Part shown: piece after piece, positions 11,819 to 23,495 of the stretch
Layout of the letters: each line of letters opens with the position of its first letter
How positions within the stretch are numbered: the first letter of the stretch is position 1
Assembly: GCA_951406725.2 (NCBI GenBank)
Contig: OX597815.1
Location: 79,236,001 to 79,300,000, forward strand
Direction: 5' to 3'
Source of the DNA: Octopus vulgaris
Taxonomy: Eukaryota
Length of the DNA: 64,000 nt
Translations under genes and position numbers: made by a program
Notes under the pieces: model-generated
What the model was told of the DNA's origin: nothing
What the model saw: the letters and a program-made list of their open reading frames with translations, nothing else
Database searches by the model: none

Positions 11819-12851
11819 TGTTACGCCGTCGCTCAACTCAACTCAACTCAGGACCCTAAGACCTTCCGGGTCGATAACGGGCCCTAAGTCAACGACGACG
11901 ACTACGCTCAGTCAAACGGAAGTCCATCACAGAAAGCGGGAGTGAACAGCGAACGCAAACCAGAAACCGAAGACAACAACAAAGGATAGAGACAGCGGAG
12001 GCAACGTACAATTTAACAATTTATATACTTCACAAAATCAATTAAAACATTTCAAATACATTTAACTACAAGGTTAACAGACATTTAACAGACCGTGCAC
12101 AGAGTAAAAAAACAATTAGCAAAATACAACGTCCGACTTTTCTAAACAAATCAATTGGTTGACATGCAACAAAATACAGAATCAAAACAATCGAAACAGT
12201 CTTTCTCTTTCTTTTCACAGTTTACAGTCTCTTTCACTTTCCTTTCCTCCTCCTTCCAACTCAATGTTGTTTTTCTTTTAGAAACACATCTGTTACAGTT
12301 CTTTTAAAATTTCTTAATTTTCTTTTCAGCAGATTATGTCACAGATTCCCCATATTTTTACAATCAAAACATCAAAGTTCAAAACACAAAATCGAAACGT
12401 AAAGAAACAATACCGGCACAAATTCCATCCGCAACACTTTCTGAGCCTACTACAAATTTTCATCTCGCTGTCTGACCGTCTCTCGTACCTGTCCCTTCAC
12501 TGTCATCTACCTTCTTTACTACCTCTATCTGTCTCTCGCGGTCTTCATCTCTTGGCTGCTGCCTGTCTTCCTCGCCTCTTGCCAACTCAACTCTTTTCCG
12601 GCCTCTCGTTGTCTGACCCACTAACACCAGTCCGTCGCATTTAAAGGGTGGAATTTTAATTTTTTTTTCAACTTTCCCTGACCGTGTAGGGATCAGAGAT
12701 CGCTTCCTAAACTCATTATTTTTTACCGTTGCCGTTGACAGGACAAATGATTTTTTTTTTCCCCGTCGTCCTGAAAAACTGGAGCGCCGGTTCAACTCCA
12801 ACCAACGGAACTAGGGCATAATGTTTTCCCGTTAATTTTACCTCCGTAACA
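11819..12851. mobile_element. Probable solo LTR (Gypsy-type)
   Basis: Ends TGTTACG...CGTAACA (7-bp inverted, TG..CA); flanks ATAT/CTAT (3 of 4 match as a 4-bp TSD); about 1 kb, non-coding, CpG-richer than its flanks. Confidence 0.6.
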
Positions 12852-12993
12852 CTATACTGACGTACCTTTATAAAATTTCTATACTTTACTCATAAAAATG
12901 GATCACTTCAAAATTTATGGTATTTAAGTTAACATGCGCATATGATGATTGTCAAACTCATAAAATATGAAAAATTTATTGCACGCACATATA

Positions 12994-13215
12994 CAAGGGG
13001 ACGCTGAAAAGTTCCTGGTTTTAAGGGTGTTGCAAACGGCCTGGCTGGAAGGCCAACCCCCGAGTTCTTTTACAGGGCTTAGAAAAGCTGAAGGATAGCT
13101 GTAATAAGTGTGTGAATCTGAGAGGTAAAAATGTAGAATAAAATCATAATTAACTGATCCCCCCTGTATTTTCTTTTACCCAAAACCAGGAACTTTTCAG
13201 CCCCTCCCCGCCCCG
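12994..13215. mobile_element. mariner-derived MITE
   Basis: TIRs around GCTGAAAAGTTCCTGGTTTT / AAAACCAGGAACTTTTCAGC with TA flanks; the interior resembles a mariner transposase C-terminus. Confidence 0.75.
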
Positions 13216-13432
13216 TATACTATGTACGACATATAACGAATTCTGTACTAAGCATATAATACAGGCATATGTATATGTATGTGCGCATGTGTGTGGGCAT
13301 GTGTGAATATATGTACATGTATGTGTGTGTATATGTATATCTACCTCTTTGTGTATATGTGTATGTGTGCTTGTGTGTGCGTGTGTGTGTGTGTATGTAT
13401 ATCTACCTCTTTGTGTATATGTGTATGTGTGC

Positions 13433-13505
<73 letters not shown>

Positions 13506-13895
13506 TGATTTATTGATACTTGGGTTTCCCCTGTCACTACTATGACTTTTCCGTTTTCGTTTTTCATAGTTATTAGTTGCTGTGAGCCATTTGCTCTTAT
13601 TTATTTGCTATAAAAAAAGCGCTAAGTCATTTCTGTATTGGCATTCGTAACTGTATTTCTCTCAAGTATACTCATGTCTTTATTATGCCGTTTTTTATCC
13701 TCAGGTCAGCTCTGATTGCACAGACCTATGGTGAAAGGCAACTACTTCAATCGTGACTGTCTACTCTTTTCTTTTACATGCATAATGTATTCCTGAAGTA
13801 TATTGATATACCTATGATCCAATGTAATTTTGCCTTTTACAAGACATGATTTAGATGCTATTTCGAGCAGGTCTGTAAAGACGCATGACCTAGTG

Positions 13896-14607
13896 CAGGC
13901 CTAGCCAACTCGAATTACACTGCGGGACACTTTAGTCACAGAAAGTCTTTTGAGGGCCGCTTGAATACTGAGAGTTGAAAGCATTTCTCATGCTATTATT
14001 ACAATAATGAATGAATGAGCGTTGATTCAACATGAAATTTTATCGTTACAAAAACAGTAGTATTTTTCTTTTTTACTTTTCATTAATTTTGATAAAATTT
14101 TTTAAATGTTTGTTTAAAATTATAGGCGTGTGGTAAGTAGCTTGCTTACCAACCACATGGTTCTGGGTCCAGTCGCACAGCGTGGCACCTTGGGCAAGTG
14201 TGTTCTACTATAGCCTCGGGCCGACCAAAGCCTGGTGAGTGGATTTGGTAGACGGAAACTGAAAGAAGCCCATCGTATATATGTATATATATTTGTATAT
14301 GTATGTGTGTGTTTGTGTGTTTGTGTGTTTGTCCCCCCCCCAGAATCGCTTGACAACCGATGCTGGTGTGTTTACGTAACTTAGTGGTTCGGCAAATGAC
14401 TCCGATAGAATAAGTACTAGGCTTACAAAGAATAAGTCCTGGGGTTGATTTGTCGACTAAAGGCGGTGCTCCAGCATGGCCGCAGTCAAATGACTGAAAC
14501 AAGTAAAAGAGTAAATAAATCCATTTCAAAAAAGTATCAAGCGGGGGCCGCAAGATAAAATTCTGCGGGCTGCATCCGGCCCGCAGGCCTTACGTTGGCC
14601 AGCCCTG
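13896..14607. mobile_element. hAT-family MITE
   Basis: TIRs CAGGCCTAGCCAAC / GTTGGCCAGCCCTG; perfect 8-bp TSD ACCTAGTG (13888-13895, 14608-14615). Confidence 0.9.
14122..14515 (+). mobile_element. tRNA-SINE nested in the hAT MITE
   Basis: Full family structure with internal microsatellite and 3' tail AAGGCGGTGCTCCAGCATGGCCGCAGTCAAATGACTGAAACAAGTAAAAGAG. Confidence 0.9.
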
Positions 14608-15493
14608 ACCTAGTGCTTAGGAACTTGGAGTCACGATCATAAGGTCGTGGATTCGATTTTTGAAGCGGGTGCTGAGATGTGCCCCTAAGTAAGGCGCTTA
14701 ATTTCATATTTTTTTTTGTCAGCTCAGCTGAAAATGAATACCAGTCGAGAACTGGCGCAGTCTTATTTCTTTCCGGCTGGATGTTCCACAGGGTCAAGAG
14801 GGTTGGGAGATGGACGAGACGGTGCTTATGTCTGTTCGAGACATACTTAAAATAATTAACGCCAGCATCATTATGCTGTCAAGTCATACTCTCTTGCGAG
14901 TGATAGCTGTGGTTTTCTAGCCATAGAGGCATAGTTTGATAATTCTTGATATAATTATTGATATTCATATGGGTACAAGTATTATTGTTGTTGTTGTTAA
15001 TTGTGTTCTCACTATGCGTACAATAGCTATTATTAATAATGTTCACGCTACCTTCACCAATAGAAGTATTACCTGCAGTAATGGTATTATTAATATTAGT
15101 GGTATACTTTACGTTCTCCGTTATATTTCTGTTCCCCCTTTTTAGGTTTTTTAGGGTTATTGCCGTAAATATTGTAATAGTTCATATTTCCCAAGTGATT
15201 GTTACGGAGGTTGTTGTTGCTGTTAAAAGTGATATTAGCCACATCTATATCAATACTAATACCAAGGAAACAATTACGAGAACCCTTGTTGTTATAAAAA
15301 CTATAGCGGATGCCACGACGGGATTTATCAATGCTGTTGTAGTAGAGATCCAAGCTCTTGTCTATTCGATGCAGATCTTCAATCTATCCAATTCGAGCAT
15401 TTACAGTCGTTGTTCCTGCAGACTTTTCTCCCACTAAACGGCTTCACCCAAATGAAAGATGCAGTTTTTTATTATCTGATCTCTCTCGGGGAA

Positions 15494-15980
<487 letters not shown>

Positions 15981-16164
15981 CTATCTATCTATCGATCGAT
16001 CGATCGATAGATAGATAGATACACATTTACATGTATGTATGTATGTATGTATGTATGTATGTATGTATGTATGTATGTATGCATGTATGTATGAATGTAT
16101 AATGCATGTGCGTGTTGTGCGCACGCCTTCACTTATATACAGCAACTATTAACATTATGGTGCG

Positions 16165-16900
16165 TGTAGGCGTGGCTGTGTGGTAAGACGCTTGTTCCCA
16201 ACCACATGGTTCTGGGTTCGGGGCAAGTGTCTTCTACTATAGCCTCGGGTCAACCAAAGCCTTATGAGTGGATTTGGTAGACGCAAGCTGAAAGAAGCCC
16301 GTCGTATATATGTATCTCTCTATATATAAACGGCAGTTTGTCTGTGTGTGTTTCTGTGTGTCTGTTTGCTTGTACCCTCACCCTGACCACGGCTTTCAAC
16401 CGATTCTGATGAAACTTGACACACACATAGCCCAATGTCATAATTCAAAACTAACGCAGCGAAAATTTTGAAAAGTTCCCCCAGTTCTGAAAAAATCGAT
16501 AAAATCGACATGGGGTCGAGAATCAGAAACAAACCACAGACTGTCTAGGGGACGCAACTCAACCTTTTTTAACTCAAAAAAATTTACCATAATTTTTTTG
16601 CTATTTTTTGGCTATAACTCTCTAAAAATGCTTTATAGTTATTTCCCTTACAAACCTGAGCAACGCCGGGCGATACTGCTAGTATGTATGTATTTATGCG
16701 TGTCATTGTGTCAGTGTTTGTCCCCCACCGTCGCTTGACAACAGATGTTGGTGCGTTTATGCCCCTGTAACTTAGCGGTTCGGCAAATGACTCCGATAGA
16801 ATAAGTACCAAGCTTACAAAGAAGAGGTCCTGGGGTAGATTTGTTCGACTAAAAGACGGTGCTCCAGCACGGCTGGAATCAAATGACTGAAAAAAATAAA
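16165..16900 (+). mobile_element. tRNA-SINE interrupted by a Helitron
   Basis: Head 16165-16310 and body/tail 16690-16895 match the family at 14122. Confidence 0.85.
16315..16682 (+). mobile_element. Non-autonomous Helitron (chimeric ends)
   Basis: A|TCTCTCTATATATAAACGGCAG at the 5' end; CCTGAGCAACGCCGGGCGATACTGCTAG|T at the 3' end. Confidence 0.85.
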
Positions 16901-16969
16901 ATAATATATCTTCTTTTTTTACCGTTTTTTTTTTACTTATTTCAGTCATTAGACTGCGGCCACGCTGGG

Positions 16970-17066
<97 letters not shown>

Positions 17067-17524
17067 TTTATATATGTTTAGAAGGTTGCTTGGTATGGCC
17101 GGTCAGAGAGTGGCCGTTGGCTGTATAAGCGACTGGTGAGACTCGAGTGGCTGGAAGCACATAACCTCTCTACAACTTCTAAATATATTATTGCTCTAAT
17201 GTTTGAAAGTGTGCTTCTCTTTCGGATATATGAGCTACTGACGATACATACATACATACATACATACATACATACATACATACATACATACATACATACA
17301 TACATACATACATGCGTAGTACATACATGCGTAGTACATACATGCGTAGTACATACATGCGTAGTACATACATACATATATATATGCATGTATATATACA
17401 TGTAGATGTAGGTACGTACATATATGTATGTATGTATGTATGCATATATTTTATTTATTACATTACTGTATGACTGAGCGCCCTCGCGTCGTTTCGTTTC
17501 GTTTCTTTCCTTTCTCCCAGTATG

Positions 17525-17584
<60 letters not shown>

Positions 17585-17608
17585 ATATATATATATACAT
17601 ATATATAT

Positions 17609-17696
<88 letters not shown>

Positions 17697-17809
17697 GTAT
17701 ATATGTATATAGTTAATCCAAACATGAACAAAGAGAAAACACAACGTCGCAAAGACGTGGAACAAATATAGTGTTATTGGACGCTCAGGAAAGGAAAGAA
17801 AGAAGGAGG

Positions 17810-17844
17810 ATTTAACGTTTCGAGCGGAGCTCTTCGTCAGAAAC
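17810..17844 (-). ncRNA. Minimal type I hammerhead ribozyme motif (Penelope-type)
   Basis: Minus strand GUUU-CUGACGA-A-GAGC-UCC-GCUC-GAAA-CG-UU-AAAU has both core boxes, helix II and a palindromic loopless helix III (AACGUU). Confidence 0.65.
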
Positions 17845-18555
17845 ATAGAAAAAGGAAAGGTCCAAAAAAGGGAAGATGGAGAAAGAAAATCGTCAACGAT
17901 ACACACGCGGTCACACACACACACACACATATATAGGTATGTATACATACATACACATGTGTGTGTGTGAGTGTATGTACATCCCTAGATGCATAAATAT
18001 ATACATACATTCAAACATACATACATACATTCATACATACATACATACATACATACATACATACATACATACATACATACATACATACATTCATACACTC
18101 ACACACACACAAGAATCTATAGTTAGTGTTTGAAAATTGCATTCGTCTTCACTCTGTTTTCAGCATTATGGATGTACATGTGTGTGTGTGTACATGTTGA
18201 GTCAGCATATTCACACACACACAACACATACATTTATACATTGATCACTATTTATAAATGTTCTCTGTTGTCGGTTGTTTTTTGTTCTTCATACAAAAGC
18301 ATTTAAAAGCGCCCGCACATTCGCACGCTTACACATACACACACACATCTCTTTAATACAACAATGCTTTATTCAATACCGGCTTCGTTTATCATTCATA
18401 CATCGCCAGAACTCCCACTTCTCTTAAATTTCTGCCGCACCACTTCGTAGTTTTTGCAGTAAACTACCATACATATCACTACCATTTAATCATGCAGCAA
18501 CATGTTCAGAATTTCATTTGTATTACTATGTGTTAAACAATAAAGTAACAAATTC

Positions 18556-18570
18556 GTTGCGGTTAGCAAC
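18556..18570. promoter_or_regulatory. RFX X-box-like palindrome in a candidate promoter
   Basis: GTTGCGGTTAGCAAC versus consensus GTNRCC-N0-3-RGYAAC (one mismatch), in a repeat-poor island about 85 bp upstream of the strong donor TAG|GTAAGC (18654/18655). Confidence 0.45.
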
Positions 18571-19339
18571 GATATGGAAGGCTTTTAACTACGACCCAAA
18601 CAAACCTACTTTCGTTAGACAGTTTTTTTTCCTTCATTTTTACGAGTCTGGTAGGTAAGCAACATATCTGACTGGGTTATCTTGTAGGCTTGGTTGAACG
18701 GGCTTTAAATTCATATATATATATATATATATACATTTAACGACCTAAGTTTAATGTCAAGATGCATCGGATAAACGAATGGGTGAAGAAGAATATCAAT
18801 TAATTATTAAAATGGTCATTTATTTATATGGCTATAATGTTAGTCGTTACAATATAGAAAGTACAGCTTCTTCGATAGTTTGTGTACACGGCTTGTTTGT
18901 TGTGATTGTAAATAAATTGACTTTAGTACCGTGTTCATTGTGTATGATAGGTAGCTTCATCTGTGAGTTACTACTAAAGAGAAATAGAGTAATAAAGTCT
19001 AGTTGATCAGCATACTGCGAGATTTGTTTTTCGACTAAAGATGGGTCGACCCAAAAAAGAAAGTAAGCTATTTGGTTTCACGTATTTATATTCTTCGTAA
19101 CTAAATTAGATCAAGCGAAAACAAAGTATCTTTCCTTTCTAATCAAATTTGAGTGATGAATACCTAGAGAAAGAGCAAGAGATTAGCTTATACTCATAAA
19201 TGTCTTAGCGCAACAGGCTAAAACAATAGGCCGAGGACTCGTAGTTAAATGTGGATTCGATTTCAAATCCTAGCTTAGAAACTTAGAAAGTTGGTAGCTG
19301 TTTGCCACACACACACACACACACACCCACACTATTCAT

Positions 19340-19530
19340 TAAAGCGAAAAATATTCACAAACTCTTACTCAGAGTTTCGTGTGACCATTCGTAGCAACTG
19401 TCTGACGAATGGTAGCGTGAAACCCCGAGTAAGTTTGTAAAGATTTTTTCAGCTTTAGTAAACAGCACATTAAGCTACCTTCGGTATTCGAGTACTATTT
19501 TTCCATCTTGAGTTGCATCTACGTGCTTAC
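19340..19530. mobile_element. Penelope-like inverted pseudo-LTR pair with degenerate hammerhead motifs
   Basis: Imperfect palindrome 19340-19460; plus arm CUGACGA-AUG-GUAG-CGU-GAAAC-CCCGA-GUA; the minus arm is a decayed copy of it. Confidence 0.55.
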
Positions 19531-20023
19531 TTGTGTGTATGTGTGTGTGTGTGTGTGTGTGTGTATATCTATATATGTGTGCGTGTGTACGTGCCCACGC
19601 GTATTCAGATTATGCAATAGAAACAGCTCTATAATGTAAACATAGTCAGTACCATGTATTTACATGTCTTGTTTTTGACGCCTGAAGCTGCTGTTCTTTA
19701 TCCGGTAAAAATCACTTTAAAGACGTCTATATGTATGTGTGTGTGTGTGTTTGCAGATAAGGTTGACTGGGTGTTCGGAGTGCCGCCTTATTTGCCGTCG
19801 TTAGACAGTCTGACGACGGTAGGTAAGCTACAGTTTCAAAGTCACTGTTAATCTTTTCCTTGTAAAAATAAATAAATATGTGTGATTTTAAAAAATTTAA
19901 CATTCTACTAATAAATAATTATTATCAACAGAAGCGGTATTAATACCAAAGGTAATCTTTATGCGAAGCTTAAAGTGGATATTTTGTTAGAATACCGAAT
20001 ACTGCATCATTTACCGAAAGTCT

Positions 20024-20065
20024 GTCACTGAGGAGAACGAGTAGGTCGAAATAACGGGATCTGGC
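20024..20065 (+). ncRNA. Type I hammerhead-like motif
   Basis: GUCA-CUGAGGA-GAAC-GAGUA-GGUC-GAAAU-AACGGG-AUC-UGGC; helix I GUCA/UGGC; helix II has one mismatch. Confidence 0.45.
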
Positions 20066-20487
20066 TGTTCCAGCGCTTGTAGCAAGATGACTCCCGTCGG
20101 TCAACGATATACATACGTATGTTTTTATGCACCATGCGTCCGTATGAGGCGTCCTCTCAATATAGATAACGCAGCATTCAGCATTCAAACAAAACATTGA
20201 CGTTAACTTGGATGTAAAGATTGCCACGTGATATTTGATTGTGATATATATATAGCTTTACACAAAAACATTGATGTCTATATCTATTTACCTATATATA
20301 CACACGCACATAGATACTCGCACACACACACACATATGTGTGTGTGTAAATATACATATTTATGTATGTATATATATATGTGTGTGTGTATGTATGTATA
20401 TATATATATATATGCGTGTATTTATGTATATATATATACATATACATACACATATTTATACATATATATGTATATATATATATATGC

Positions 20488-20519
<32 letters not shown>

Positions 20520-20930
20520 CTTTACGCACACACACATATGTGTATATACACACGCACCCACACATATACGCACACGCACTCACACATATACGCACAGGCA
20601 CACGTGTATGCACATATCGATCACATATATGCACATATCGATCACCGTCAGTTTTGACGAGGATAATGTTATCTGCAATCAACTATTTTACTTATTCATT
20701 GAATCAGCATGTCAGTGGCTGAATATACCACTGACACGAGTGCTATTAATGTAATTCTCAGCAAGAATCGGCATAGGACAGTGTGTAAAACAAGGTCACA
20801 CTTTTGAATTACAGATTCAACCTATTTGACGGCTTCTGTACAGTTTCCCTCACAAAGCTATGGGTCAAGCTGCCATGGAGTGTGATCCAGCCTGAGTATT
20901 TATAGTTGCGAAGCAAACTCCTTAACCATT

Positions 20931-21016
<86 letters not shown>

Positions 21017-21164
21017 TCACACACACACACACACTCACCTTGTATGTATGTGTATTCACTCGCCACTAGGTGAATACATAATAACATCAAATACTAATTA
21101 CTATCTTTATCTACACAGCCAGGATTCATCCAGTTGAAGATTTACCGCTGTTTAACACAGACTA

Positions 21165-21600
21165 CCGTAAATCCTCGAGTATAATCTGCATTTTCCCCCC
21201 ATAATTTAAAGGTCAAAATCCCTCGTGCGTACTATATACGATGTTAAAAATGAAAAATATTTTCTAAGCAATGTCCGAGTCTCTATTTGCTGTCCGGTAA
21301 TGTTTATTCAGACACATTTTGTGATGTCGGGCGCGAAAATACATTAAGCTAAGCCTGAAAGCAATGAAGTCATAAAAGAATCATCCATAACTTGCAGTAA
21401 GCAACATTTGTTAAAATAAAAGTATACAGAACACAGAATAACATGTAACAAAAACAATTTGCAAACATATTTACATTCCCATATAACAGTTGAGAACATC
21501 CTTATTGTATTACGCATGCGCGGAAGTGTTTGTTCGACTTACCAGCTTAGCAATTGTCACCCAACAACTTTCAACAAAGAATTTACCGTCAAACCAGAAG
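21165..21600. mobile_element. pogo/Tigger-type terminal fragment
   Basis: Begins TA|CCGTAAATCCTCGAGTATAATC, similar to the TIR at 1296; no partner TIR found. Confidence 0.55.
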
Positions 21601-21752
21601 ACAGTTTTTTACCATGATTTTCTTTCTGCTTTCACGCTATAAATATTTGGTTTCTTCCTCTCCTTCTTCTTCGTCTCACCTTCACTCTCTCTATACTTCC
21701 ATTTCCCTATAACCTCTTTTTTTCTCGTTTCATCCAATGAAACTACCCGTAA

Positions 21753-21868
<116 letters not shown>

Positions 21869-21937
21869 CGTCCGTCTGTCTGCCTGCCTGCCTGTCTGTC
21901 TGCCTGCCTGCCTGTCTGTCTGACTGACTGCCTGCCA

Positions 21938-21973
<36 letters not shown>

Positions 21974-21995
21974 GTCTCTCTCTCTCTCTCTCTCG

Positions 21996-22033
<38 letters not shown>

Positions 22034-22130
22034 TGTTGTGAATTTATGGAAGGAAATCCCATAAAATTCAACAATTTTGTTAAAAATGGATAAGAGAAGA
22101 TGTTAAAATATATAAGAGAATTTTCATTCA

Positions 22131-22241
22131 TGCAGACAATCGTTTCGTACAGCGATATAAAAACAATCATGCAAATTCAAGGTTGAATTGAATTAATTAA
22201 ATTAATTAAATTAATTACATATCACTGTACTCTTCAGTGCA
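22131..22241 (-). ncRNA. Type I hammerhead ribozyme (intact core)
   Basis: UGCA-CUGAAGA-GUACAGUGAUAU-[60 nt]-AUAUCGCUGUAC-GAAAC-GAUU-GUC-UGCA: all conserved core nucleotides, a 12-bp helix II, a 4-bp helix I and a GUC cleavage triplet. Confidence 0.8.
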
Positions 22242-22601
22242 AGAAGTATAAACAAAAGTTTTACAAAGGACTTGAGAAAGGAAATAGCTGATTTCTCAAT
22301 TTCTTGGAAAATCCTATCTTCTCTTATAGATATAATAATTAAATTTGTCGGTTATGTTTGGAAGAAAGCTATATCATAAGGAGAATGAATGGAAATCTGG
22401 TTAACGCTCGGAATGAAAGAGTTTCCTCATGTAAACATATGACCAAATTCCTTTTTATCAATTATTATCTTAAATAATTCTTCACTACCCGTTTGCTTAG
22501 ATTTGCTTTTGGTGTTTTTTTAAAAAATATTTCTATATATTATCTGTTTCTATGGAATACGATTACTCATCACATCCATTGTACATCACTATATCTTACA
22601 C

Positions 22602-22993
22602 AGTGGAGGCGCAATGGCCCAGTGGTTAGGGCAGCGGACTCGCGGTCGTAGGATCGCGGTTTCGATTCCCAGACCGGGCGTTGTGAGTGTTTATTGAGCG
22701 AAAACACCTAAAGCTCCACGAGGCTCCAGCAGGGATGGTGGTGATACCTGCTGTACTCTTTCACCACAACCCTTCTCTCACTCTTACTTCCTATTTCTGT
22801 TGTACCTGTATTTCAAAGGGCCGGTCTTGTCACTCTCTGTGTCACGCTGAATATCCCCGAGAACTACGTTAAGGGTACACGTGTCTGTGGAGTGCTCAGC
22901 CACTTACACGTTAATTTCACGAGCAGGCTGTTCCGTTGATCGGATCAACCGGAACCCTCGTCGTCGTAACCGACGGAGTGCTTCCATCCATCC
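22602..22993 (+). mobile_element. Young full-length tRNA-derived SINE
   Basis: A box TGGCCCAGTGG, B box GGTTTCGATTCC, (TCCA)n tail, 9-bp TSD ATCTTACAC (22593-22601, 22994-23002). Confidence 0.92.
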
Positions 22994-23104
22994 ATCTTAC
23001 ACTATCTTGATATATTCTTTTATTTAACTTTTCCTTCTAACAATTGCATGGGCAAACACTTTATCTACCTCTTCCTACACCTCCTTTTCTCTCAATATTA
23101 CTCC

Positions 23105-23301
23105 TTTACTTGTTTCAGTCATTTGACAGCGGCCATGCTGGAGCACCGCCTTTAGTCGAGCAAATCGACCCCGGGACTTATTCTTTGTAAGCCCAGTACT
23201 TATTCTATCGGTCTCTTGTGCCGAACCGCTAAGTGACGGGGACGTAAACACACCAGCATCGGTTGTCAAGCAATGCTAGGGGGACAAACACAGACACACA
23301 A

Positions 23302-23351
<50 letters not shown>

Positions 23352-23495
23352 GACAGGCTTCTTTCAGTTTCCGTCTACCAAATCCACTCGGCCCGGGGCT
23401 ATAGCAGAAGACACTTGCCCAAGATGCCACGCAGTGGGACTGAACCCGGAACCATGTGGTTGGTTAGCAAGCTACTTACCACACAGCCACTTCTG
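23105..23495 (-). mobile_element. tRNA-SINE
   Basis: Reverse complement of the family at 14122. Confidence 0.9.

Noticed and set aside
14936-15437. Val/Ile-rich ORFs
   Set aside because: Low-complexity decayed (GTT/ATT) sequence with no motifs or splice support.
22605-22680. tRNA-like sequence with A and B boxes
   Set aside because: It continues into a SINE body with a tail and TSD and lacks a proper acceptor stem, so it is a SINE head rather than a tRNA gene.
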